Source: Octopus bimaculoides (taxonomy: Eukaryota). Taken from it: DNA of 32,436 bases. This document shows, piece after piece, positions 12,087 to 21,966 of this stretch; positions within the stretch are counted from its first letter, which is position 1, and every line of letters begins with the position of its first letter. Location of the stretch: contig NC_068994.1 of NCBI RefSeq assembly GCF_001194135.2, positions 37,715,841 through 37,748,276 of the forward strand. The letters are read 5' to 3'. The notes beneath the pieces are model-generated. The model was not told the origin of the DNA, searched no databases, and saw only the letters and a program-made list of their open reading frames with translations. The translations under genes and the position numbers were made by a program.

Positions 12087-13769
12087 CTAACAAAAGAAGA
12101 AAAAAATAATTAAATAAAAAAAAAAAAGAAAATTTATCAATTTCAGATTCCTTCAAAAACTAAAACCTGCAGCAAATAATTTGGAAGAAACCCAACATTG
12201 ATAACATGATACGCCATTTTCTTTTTTAGTTAAACAGGTGTCAATGTCTCTGAAGAGATGCTGATTATATTTTTTACTTCTTTCTTCTTTCATTTCTTTC
12301 TGTTTTTCTAACTTTCATTTATTTGTTTATTTATTTAATATTGTAATCATTTTCAAATCAGCTGGATTTTCTTTCTTAAAAAATAGCAGAATAGAAATTC
12401 AAATACTATTAGGGTATTTGTTAATATTCTTAGTGATTATTACATTTTCACATGTTTATCTAATTTTATATTTGATGATACCATTTTGTTTATTTGTTCA
12501 TTTGTTTATTTGTTCATTTGTTTATTTGTTCATTTGTTTATTTTAGTTTAACAAAATAGTATTAGACCTCAAATATTTATAAAAGTATTAGGTAGGAAGA
12601 ATTTGGGAATGTGGTACAAAATAAAATTTATTAAAAAATGACTAAATGTCTGAAAACACTAGACTTTCTCATTGAAGATATCAAACGTTAAACATAATTC
12701 CTAATTTTCATACTAGATTCAGATATGATTCAATTCATTACAGCGATTCTTTGAAATAACAAATAAGACAAACTAAATAAACAAGTCATTTGTTTATTTT
12801 ATATTATCTACCAACAGATAAAGGGATTCTGGTAGAAACTCAAAATAAATAGTAAATGAAGAAAGTAACATTTTTTTCCCTGTTAGTACATACATCTAAT
12901 GAAGTCTATCAACCATATCTAATTACTGATTGCTGTCACAGATTTTATATAATTGAAATGAAAAAGGAAAAACAAGTGGAAGATATTCTTCTCCTATTTG
13001 CGTAGTCTAGTTTATTTGTGTGAAATACAATGAATCTAGCAAATGATGAGAAAACAGCACAGAGACCAGATATATATCGACTTGTTATATATCTAAAGAG
13101 ACAGAAAAAACACTGGTGAATTATGAATGCATTTAGAGATATCACGGCTTCTGTCATGGCATCATACATTAACTTAATTTACCAAGTTAGTATTGAAAGT
13201 TTTTATCTCACAGATGGATGTTGAAAGGGAATGCGTGAAAATGGTAATGCAACCCTTTAATTTACTAACATAAATGCTCCTGTTTATGTAAATAGCCACT
13301 TCTCTGTCTTTTCCTGTATAACGTTTGATGTCTATGTAAATAGCTATTTTTCCTCTTTATTATGAAAATTGAAATTTCACTATAATTGGTTTTATGACTA
13401 GTTTCTTTTTCCAAGAATCTCTCATGCACTGCTACAACAAGAATAAATTCTATAATTTCTAATATCAAATGAACTAAAAAAAATATTAAAAAAAAAAGAA
13501 TATGAAAAAGAACAGAGATAATTCTCCTAAAGTATGTATAACATATCTGTAATGACAGACGCCTTTCTAATGATTTTTAAACCATAGATTTTTGTACAAG
13601 AACAGCATGAAGTGATGCTTCAACAACATTGGAAGCAATACCTACAATATCTTTACCCAATGATCACATGGAGAAAATGTATCAGCTAATTCAGTTGTTT
13701 GCATGTGTTTCCAGAGCCATTATTTTTCACAGTTGTATATATACCGTATATAAGAGTGTGTGTGTACTT

Positions 13770-13816
13770 GCATGTATATATGTATGTGTATATATATGTG
13801 TCTGTGCTTGTGTATT

Positions 13817-13873
<57 letters not shown>

Positions 13874-13899
13874 ATATATATATATGTCTGTCTGTGTGC

Positions 13900-13940
<41 letters not shown>
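13770..13940. repeat. (TG)n/(TA)n microsatellite complex
   Basis: Directly visible. Confidence 0.95.
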
Positions 13941-14246
13941 TGTATATAAAGTAATGAATGGCAGAAAAACAGGAGTTATGTCATTACCTTCATTAGCTTA
14001 ATGCTGTTTCTGCTATAAGAAGCACTGCACTCAAAATTGAGCACTTGTGCGACACCCTATAGCTTCTTCAGAGACATTAATGGTCAAAACAGCTGTAAGC
14101 TAATGAAGATGAGCATTTAACTCTTATTCTTTTGTCAGTCATTAACTAATATTACATTCTGTACTTATGCTATTGCTTTACTTTTAAACATATGTATATT
14201 GAGTTCTAGCAACAAGTTATTTGTATCACTATGCTTAAGTGTAATA

Positions 14247-14635
14247 TTGTTGTTGTTGGCACTCCGTCGCTTACGACGTCGAGGGTTCCAGTTGATCTAA
14301 TCAAGGGAACAGCCTACTCATGAAATTAATGTGCAAGTGGCTGAGCAACCCACAGAAACGAGTACCCTTAACGTAGTTCTCGGGGATATTCAGTGTGACA
14401 CAGTGTGACAAGGCTGACCCTTTGAATTACAGGCACAACAGAAACAGGAAGTAAGAGTGAGAGAAAGTTGTGGGGAAAGAGTACAGCAGGGTTCGCCACC
14501 ATCCCCTGCCGGAGCCTCGTGAAGCTTTAGGTGTTTTTTGCTCAATAAACAGTCACAACGCCTAGTCTGGGAACTGAAACCACGATCCTATGACCACGAG
14601 TCCGCTGCCCTAACCACTGGGCCATTGCGCCTCCC
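14247..14635 (-). mobile_element. Full-length tRNA-derived SINE (family D, tail type 1) with 11-bp TSD
   Basis: Head GGAGGCGCAATGGCCCAGTGGTTAGGGCAGCGGACTCGTGGTCATAGGATCGTGGTTTCAGTTCCC with A/B-box-like motifs; (AAC)n tail; TSD taagtgtaata at 14236-14246 and 14636-14646. Confidence 0.93.
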
Positions 14636-14804
14636 TAAGTGTAATAATAACACACATAATTAAATTGGACTAAATGGATTTCAGCTGCATGGGACTCTAC
14701 ATCACACTCCTATGTATTGGTTTACTATGTGGTTTGTAGCCTGGTCCACTAAAGGAGCTTTTTAGTGATTACCACTGAATTATATAAATCCATATATGTA
14801 TATA

Positions 14805-15038
14805 TCATCATCATCGTTTAACGTCCGCTTTCCATGCTAGCATGGGTTGGACGATTTGACTGAGGACTGGTGAAACCGGATGGCAACACCAGGCTCCAAT
14901 CTAATTTGGCAGAGTTTCTACAGCTGGATGCCCTTCCTAACGCCAACCACTCAGAGAGTGTAGTGGGTGATTTTACGTGTCACCCGCACGAAAACGGCCA
15001 CGCTCGAAATGGTGTCTTTTATGTGCCACCCGCACAAG

Positions 15039-15040
<2 letters not shown>
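14805..15040 (-). mobile_element. SINE family C 3' portion, young CpG-retaining copy
   Basis: catcatcatcgtttaacgtccgctttccatgctagcatgggttggacg...ctggatgcccttcctaacgccaaccac; shared with 15412, 18107, 31140 and 32093. Confidence 0.9.
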
Positions 15041-15074
<34 letters not shown>

Positions 15075-15075
<1 letters not shown>

Positions 15076-15360
15076 GAAATGATACATATCCACCAAAGCA
15101 ACTATAATTATCATTGGAGAATACCCACACAGATTCTATACATGGATATTTACTGTTGGAATGAAACTATACTCCAAGTACTTCTTCTTCTTTGTTGTTT
15201 CTCCTCTGCATCGCTCTCATTTCTTTCTGCAAATCTACTCATACAGATGTAATTACCTCTATCTTCTACTATTACCGTCTCCGATGAAGGGATACATTGA
15301 ATTTTCCCTGAAACAGCTGTAAGACCTTCTACATAAAATATAAATTTTACTTATGCCATT
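15075..15360 (+). mobile_element. Probable Penelope-like element terminal-repeat remnant
   Basis: Pyrimidine-rich leader, a hammerhead-like motif, then ataaattttac. Minimal hammerheads in this position are an established Penelope-like trait; no RT or GIY-YIG coding sequence was seen and the boundaries are approximate. Confidence 0.5.
15277..15325 (+). ncRNA. Minimal type I hammerhead ribozyme-like motif (variant core CCGAUGA)
   Basis: Stem I gtct/agac; core ccgatga; stem II aggga/tccct; GAAA; stem III AC-agct-GT; cleavage triplet GUA. Confidence 0.62.
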
Positions 15361-15411
15361 TGTCTCTTTATCTCATTCTTTTTTTTAATATATATGTAAA
15401 TATATGTATAT

Positions 15412-15640
15412 ATCATCATCATCATCATCTTCGTCATTTAATGTCCTTCCATGCTGGCATGGACTGGATGGTTTGACAGGAGCTGGCAAGTCAAAAGACT
15501 TTGTCAAGCTTTACTGTCTGCTTTGGCATGGTTTCTATGGTTAGATGCCCTTCCTAATGCCAACCACTTTACAGAGTGTACTGGATGTCTTTTATGTGGC
15601 ACCAGTAGCAGAAATGTCACCAAGTAATTTGCAAGACACA
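15412..15640 (-). mobile_element. SINE family C 3' portion
   Basis: ttccatgctggcatgg...tttggcatggtttctatggttagatgcccttcctaatgccaaccactttacagag. Confidence 0.85.
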
Positions 15641-16167
15641 CTAAATATTTTCGAATCCCACCTTCTGTATTATACTGTATAAAATATTTAAAATTATACT
15701 TCACAACTTCTCCACTAAGAGCCCTCAGCATTTCATTGGTTTGGGGCCTGAAAATAGCATGCTATGAATTAAATATATGTATATGTTGTTGCCTAGCTAA
15801 AGGTGAGCCTTAATTGCTCTAACCTACGATTTAATGACATTCTAGCCATAGCCATTCTGTTTTGCTAGTGATATCTAGAATTTTATTACCTAATTCATCC
15901 ACTCCTTTTTTAATTCAAGAGGGGAGGTTTTGAGGAAGATTTGTCTGCTGTTTTTAACAAACTAAGTAACCTATTGAGGTTTCATTGGTTTATTTACATA
16001 CATTCATAGGGTCAAGAGGTCCCTTTTATCCTGTTTTGTTGAGGACATGACAATCCTTTTAATCAGATGTTACAAATTTATATATATATATATATATGTC
16101 TGTGTTTGTCCCCCATCATCATCATCTGATAACCGGTGTTGGTGTGTTTACATCCTCATAACTTAGA

Positions 16168-16308
16168 CGCAGGAGTGGCTGTGTGATAAGTAGCTTGCTT
16201 ACCAACCACATGGTTCCAGGTTCAGTCCCACTGCGTGGCATTTTGGGCAAGTGTCTTCTGCTATAGCGTTGAGTGGATTTAGTAGATGGAAACTGAAAGA
16301 AGTCCATC

Positions 16309-16310
<2 letters not shown>
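16168..16310 (+). mobile_element. SINE family A 5' portion, preceded by a family A 3' fragment at about 16105-16167
   Basis: gcaggagtggctgtgtgataagtagcttgcttaccaaccacatggttccaggttcagtcccactgcgtggca...gggcaagtgtcttctgctatagc, then (TG)n. Confidence 0.9.
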
Positions 16311-16352
<42 letters not shown>

Positions 16353-16639
16353 GTGTGTGTGTGTGTGAGTGTGTGTATGTATATGTGAAGTAAACCCATT
16401 TGCTTCAACTTATTAAGGGTACTGCAACCTATCTGGTGTCGATGCTACAATAAAATGCATCCAGTACATTTTGTAAAGTGATTGGCGATAGGACAGTTGT
16501 CATACTGTAGAAAATGAAGCATATGAGCAAGGTGTAGTTCTCTGATTCATCTATGAAGGAAATGGCACCCAATGAGAGCTAACCAGGATTATGATGATCC
16601 ACCCAATCCATGATAGCATGGAAAGCTGACAAAAAATAA

Positions 16640-17120
16640 TGATCCTGATGATAATGATGAGGAGGACGTTAATGGTGGTGTTGATGGTGAAGCCAACGGT
16701 GATGATGATGTTGATGTTGATGATGATGTTGGTGCCAATACTGCTGCAGCTGCAGCTGCCGCAGCTGCCTCCACTGCTGCCACTACCGCGACTCCTGTCG
16801 CCACCACCAACGATGATGACAATGATGAGGATGATGATGATGGTGGCAGTTTTGATGGTGAAGATGATGATGATGGTGATGGTGATGGTGATGATGATGA
16901 CAGTGACGACGACGATGACGACAATGACGACAGCAACAATGATGATGATGGCGATGGTGATGATGATATATGAAGACAATAACGATGATGATGATGATGA
17001 TGACGGTAATGAAACTGGTGACGATGATGATGACGATGAGGATGATGATAGCAATAATGATGAGAAAGATATGATGTTGATGAAGATGAGGATGAAGATG
17101 AGGATGAAGATGAGGATGAT
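16640..17120. repeat. Long (GAT)/(GAC)/(GGT)/(CTG) trinucleotide mosaic
   Basis: Directly visible; produces the poly-M, poly-S and poly-I ORFs. Confidence 0.93.
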
Positions 17121-18106
17121 TATAACATATCTGCAGTTATGGTTGTAAAGAAATAATTATCTAATTTAAGCCATTAACTTACAGTTATTACTCACAACTT
17201 TCTTCGTATGTGTGACACTTCTCCTTTTCTTTATTTCTTGATTTTCTTACTTTTTTATTTCTCTTTGCTAAAACCTATTCCTTCCATTCATTTACATCTT
17301 CCTCATACAATCTCCAAACTTGCCCCTCCAAATACATCATTAGTATAATGTTTGCATTTCTCAGATGATTCTAATTTTGTTTATCCAACCAAACCATGGT
17401 TTCATATTTAACCAAATGTAGTTTGTTTGATATTTGCTTTTTTTTTGTGTGTGTGGTGGATTTCTTTTCTTTTTTCTTTTTTTTGTTTTGGAAAGACAAA
17501 TTTTCATGAGAAACCTTATTTTGCTTGTTAAAAACATGCCATAACAACACACATTTATTACAGACCAGTAAAATTTTAGTGACAGGCCAGACAAATTTGA
17601 CTGGCAGCTTAGATATAGACAGCAGATCTCACTATATTTACAACCACTCCTCTTCATCATGAAGACAGCCTCTGAACCACATAGAAAATAAATTAGAGAT
17701 AACCACAATAATTTTTGCTTCCATTTTGTTTTTTCTTTTATGTTATAGACGATAAAACTGTTTCTAAAAGTTATGGTTACACTTTATCTTAATTTTAAAA
17801 TATTTGTATCAAAGAAAGCAAAACTGCATCGTAAAGAAGTTTGCCTTATAAGTATTTCATTCCTGACTGAAATTTCACTGAGTAGCACATCAGATGTGTT
17901 TTCCACTGTAGTTCTTCTGGGGTTTGACTAATGACTTGTGAATGATACATAGTTGACAGAAACTGTGTGGAAAAGCTCAGTGTTTGTTTGTGTGGATATA
18001 TATATAAATATATAAAACTCTTACCACAGTTTCACATTCTCATTCGTCAGACACACACACACATTTATATATATATATGTATGTAAGTATGTATGTATAT
18101 CATTAT

Positions 18107-18290
18107 CAACACCATCATTTAACTTTCATTTTCCTGGCATGGGTTTTATGAGTTGACAGGAGCAGGTGAGGCTGGCAGAGTCACACCAAGCTACACTGTC
18201 TGTTTTGGCATGGTTTCTATGACTGGAAGGTCTTCCTAATGCCAACCACCTTACAGAGTGAAGTGGGTGCTTTTTATGTGGCACCATGCC
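18107..18290 (-). mobile_element. SINE family C 3' portion
   Basis: ttggcatggtttctatgactggaaggtcttcctaatgccaaccaccttacagagtg. Confidence 0.8.
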
Positions 18291-18424
18291 TACTCTAACC
18301 TTTCATCATATATCATAAAGTGTTCCCTGTCTCTATTGTAGTTCCACTCATTCAATAGGGGATCTTAGTTTTATAAGCTATATGACAACATCACTTGTGC
18401 CTGTATAATGAAAACATGTACCCC

Positions 18425-18582
18425 TACACTTTGTAAAGTAGTTGGCATTAAGAAGGGCATCCAGCCATAGAAACCATGTCAATGTCGACTTTGAGAGCAC
18501 AATGCAATTATTCAAACTGTGAGTTATTGTCACACCATCTAATCCATGCCAGAATGGGAGATAAATGTTAAAAGATGATGAA
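18425..18582 (+). mobile_element. SINE family C 3' portion, inverted relative to the 18107 copy
   Basis: gttggcattaagaagggcatccagccatagaaaccatgtcaa...atccatgccagaatgg...gttaaaagatgatg. Confidence 0.8.
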
Positions 18583-18864
18583 GAAGTGGAAGGGGAAAAA
18601 TGATGATGATGACGTCCTTCCCACACATACACATACATACACACACATATTTTCATCGCAAAAGTTTTGTAGATAATTCTATGAGTTGCCAGAATCATTG
18701 TAACATTAGATAAAAGGCTTTGTGGTATTAGATTTTTCTATATGCTTTGATCATATCACAGACTATATTATTACCCATCCTATCCTAATTTTATCTCAAC
18801 CATTGGTGAGGTGTGAAGACCATTTTATATTTCAAGGCCCACATTGAATTCAGTGTAATATAAT

Positions 18865-19030
18865 AAGACTGCATGTAAAGCCTTGCAATTAAGAAGTTTG
18901 CTTTGAAACCATGCTCTCAAGTTCGATCCCACTGCATGACATCTTGCTTAGGTTTAAGTTTCTTCTACTGTAGCCTCAAGCTAACAAATGCCTTGTGAGT
19001 GGGAATTTACTTCATTTGGTGAATGCTAGT
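18865..19030 (+). mobile_element. Degenerate SINE family A 5' portion
   Basis: aagttcgatcccactgcatgacatcttg...cttctactgtagcctc...gccttgtgagtgg. Confidence 0.7.
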
Positions 19031-19272
19031 GTCAGTTCTTACATGTTGCTAATGAATCAATCATTGAGTCAGTGCATTTCTCACAGTAACAGTAACACTC
19101 TATTGCCTGCACAACTCAGCAGCAGGATTTACAAGGGAGTGAGTGCTGGAGGTATATCATACCTGAGTCTGATAATTTCCTTGGAAGAAGATTAGCATTC
19201 ACAGAATAGAAAGGAGCCCAAAAGAAACTTTGTACCTCTAGATAAAATTCTACTCTGATATCCTGCTTGGCA

Positions 19273-19943
19273 AAACAAATATCACACGAGGTTCTTGAAG
19301 CATAGAAAACTGTAAATAATAGCATTTTAAAAATTCCTTTTGGACAGAAAATGTCAAATACTGCATGCAGGTTTCAAATCTCCTATAGACTTGTAATTAT
19401 TTGTATCTAAGGCATCACTTTACCTTTGTAGCAGTTGACTATGGTGCTGCTACACCAGTCATTGGATATGACTCCTTCATGAACCACCTGATTTACATAA
19501 CGTGGTCTGGAACAGGATAACAAAAGGGAATATACCTGCAGACAAATTTTACCATATTGAGACCAATGGATCAAAAGAGTATTGGTGAAACTTTGAAAAA
19601 TTAAAACAGCGACCAATTTGAAACACAACCAGTCAGATATTCTTATCAGGACCACAAGGAAAAGACATGTTCCATTGAAAAATTCAGCTGCCCTCTGGAC
19701 ACCAATGTGGATAGAAAAATACAAGAAGAGAACAGCTATAAGGACCATTGAAAACCCAGTACCCAAGATAAACTTTTACCAATCATTACTGGAGCAACAG
19801 AATAAGTATCAACCCATCTGGAGCAAAGAATGGCTGAACTTGGGTTCTTGGGGTGAGAATGCAAATCTTTAATTCATACACTACAAATGGTCATGGTATT
19901 TGGGATTATAAACATCTGCAAGACCTTAAAATTTATAGGCTGA
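19273..19943 (+). mobile_element. Decayed 3' end of a second RLE-type non-LTR retrotransposon (R4/Dong-like)
   Basis: Frameshifted, stop-interrupted translation EYW*N..IKTATNLKHNQSDILI / DHKEKTCSIEKFSCPLDTNVDRKIQEENSY...LLPIITGA...AELGF...LIHTLQ..FGIINICKTLKF matches the PD-(D/E)xK endonuclease region (HNxPDIxxxD...IxExSCPxDxN...EK..Y...PIxIGA); a possible zinc-knuckle remnant DRKC lies at about 19343. Confidence 0.8.
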
Positions 19944-20000
19944 TGAACAAAACAAGGTGCTTTTCTTCACAACCTTGTAACAGAATAGGTGGCCAGTCAA

Positions 20001-20328
20001 TTATTTTATTATTTATGTGCCCTTTTAAAGCCTAACCAGGCTCATGGGCCCGGTTTTTCAGTTTTTATGGCGCATGTGTTCCCCTCCCCACTCTGCCCAG
20101 CTAGACAGGACGCCAGTTCATTGCAGCGTTATTCAAGAAACAGGAAGAAAGAGTGAGAGAAAGTTGGTGTGAAAGAGTACAACAGGGGTCACCCACCCCT
20201 TTGCCAGAGCCTTGTAGAGCTTTAGGTGTTTCCGCTCAATAAACATACACAACACCCTGTCTGGGAATTGAAACTGTGATCCTCTGACTACGAGTCTGCT
20301 GCCCTAACCACTGGGCCATTGTGCTTCC
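20001..20328 (-). mobile_element. tRNA-derived SINE (family D head, tail type 2) with short TSD
   Basis: About 190 nt of 5' region shared with 14247-14635 (gaaacaggaag..agagtgagagaaagtt...ctgccctaaccactgggccattg); different 3' half; (TAAAA)-like tail; flanking repeat ccagtcaa at 19993-20000 and 20327-20334. Confidence 0.88.
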
Positions 20329-20385
20329 AGTCAAACTTTATTCTAAATTAGAAAGAGAAAGGGAGCATACATACATACAGAAAGA

Positions 20386-20644
20386 CAGACAGACATGTAT
20401 GCATGCATACATACATGCATACATACATGCATACATTCATGCACATACACATACATAATACAGACACATACATACATACTTACATACATACATACATACA
20501 TACATACATGCATACATACATACATACATACATGCATACATACATACATACATGCATACATACATACATACATGCATACATGCATGCATACATACATGCA
20601 TACATGCATACATCCATACATACATGCATACATACATACATACA

Positions 20645-20673
<29 letters not shown>
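20386..20673. repeat. (TACA)n/(TGCA) tetranucleotide array
   Basis: Directly visible; source of the MYVC and HTYI ORFs. Confidence 0.96.
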
Positions 20674-20675
<2 letters not shown>

Positions 20676-20958
20676 GAATGAACGATATTATCCATATTTT
20701 GGGGACAATGTGCAGAATAATTATTTGTAAATGCTTTGCCTGCTTAATACTCTTCTACTACTTTTGAAGAACTGAAAATATTTTACTGATTATTAAACAT
20801 TATAAATGTATGTTTTTCATTATCAATGTGCAATGCTGTTACATTTCACAGCAGTTTTTCTTCAAATAAATGGAAAATTTTAAAGATTACTACAATGTAA
20901 CATTGTTTCTGAATTTTCCAAAATACAAAACTATTAACAAAAGGTTTCTGAGAAAAAT

Positions 20959-21097
20959 ATGAATTGTACTATATCTCTGGATAATTCTGCATTCTTTGAA
21001 AACAATACGGAAAATAAAAGAACCTTTGATGGAGAAATTTTTAAAAATAAAGATATTAAAAGAAGAATAAAGCTTAATCAGAAAGGTTCACTAAATG
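20959..21097 (+). CDS. Candidate first coding exon MNCTISLDNSAFF...QKGSLN (unidentified)
   Basis: Open frame from ATG ending at a consensus donor ATG|GTGAGT; phase-compatible with 21495-21541. No recognised homology. Confidence 0.25.
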
Positions 21098-21494
21098 GTG
21101 AGTAAAGAAAAGACAATTTTAATAAAAGTGATGCATGATAGTGAAAGAATAGAATAAAAAAATGAAAGTAAACTAGTTAAAAACAAGCATAAATATAAAC
21201 AAAATTAAAGAATATGTGGACATAGATCAACTTTTGACTAACTTTGGGAATGCATTAACAGACAAAATAAATGAAATGCCTTATTTCAAGTAAAGTAAAC
21301 AACTTCTACATTATCAATGGTTTCATGCAAGAATATAATGATATTCTATCATAACAGAATTGAATTTATTCAAGTAAAAAAATAAATAAATAAACAAATA
21401 AATACAATTTCTGGAATTACTGCTGAGTAGAGTGAATATTAATTTTATTTTTTAACTGATTTATATCACAATTTGTTCGCAATACCATCTTTAG

Positions 21495-21541
21495 TTACCG
21501 ATTTCCTACAGCCAAATCATCGGGTTGCTAGATTTTTAAAG
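21495..21541 (+). CDS. Candidate internal exon xTDFLQPNHRVARFLK (alternative acceptor at 21512 gives 30 nt)
   Basis: ccatctttag| acceptor and AAG|GTAAAA donor; only one frame is open; locally higher GC. No recognised homology. Confidence 0.3.
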
Positions 21542-21651
21542 GTAAAAAATGACAGGTAATACCCATAACATGGTGTAGAATAAATATTGGAGGAAACTCT
21601 GCATCAAAGAATAATAATTCTTGCTCATGATGATATCCTTTATTTATTACT

Positions 21652-21812
21652 GTTCTGTGGTTAAGAATCTTCCTTTGCAACTATATGGTTTTGGGTTCAG
21701 TCCCACTGCATGGTATCATGAGCAAGTGTCTTTTACTACATCCTCCAGCCTGATCAATGCCTTATGAGTGGATTTGGTAGATGGAAACTATAAAAGGAGC
21801 CTGTCATTTATG
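21652..21812 (+). mobile_element. SINE family A 5' portion followed by (TATG)/(TATC) repeats
   Basis: gggttcagtcccactgcatgg...gcaagtgtcttttactac...gccttatgagtggatttggtagatggaaact. Confidence 0.85.
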
Positions 21813-21865
21813 TATGTATGTATGTATGTATGTATGTATGTATCTATCTATCTATCTATCTATAT

Positions 21866-21966
21866 ACTCTTTTACTTGTTTCAGTCATTTGACTGTGGCC
21901 ATGCTGGAGCACCACATTTAGTCGAGCAAATCGACCCCCCACTAACCACTGGGCCATTGTGCCTCC
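21866..21966 (-). mobile_element. Family A 3' tail fused to a 26-nt family D head fragment
   Basis: ctcttttacttgtttcagtcatttgactgtggccatgctggagcacc...tcgacccc joined to actaaccactgggccattgtgcctcc. Confidence 0.75.

Noticed and set aside
13265-13476. Strong - strand acceptor followed by a 70-codon open frame
   Set aside because: No donor, no homology and a very AT-rich composition; a terminal exon cannot be excluded but is unsupported.
14560-14634. tRNA-like sequence (also at 20255-20328 and 29269-29340)
   Set aside because: These are SINE heads: no complete cloverleaf, and each continues into a SINE body and tail.
16551-17148. Poly-S, poly-M and poly-I ORFs
   Set aside because: Translations of trinucleotide repeats in several frames.
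19407-19766. 119-aa membrane-protein-like ORF on -
   Set aside because: Antisense shadow of the decayed RLE LINE on the + strand.
20343-20730. MYVC and HTYI repeat ORFs
   Set aside because: Translations of (TACA)n.
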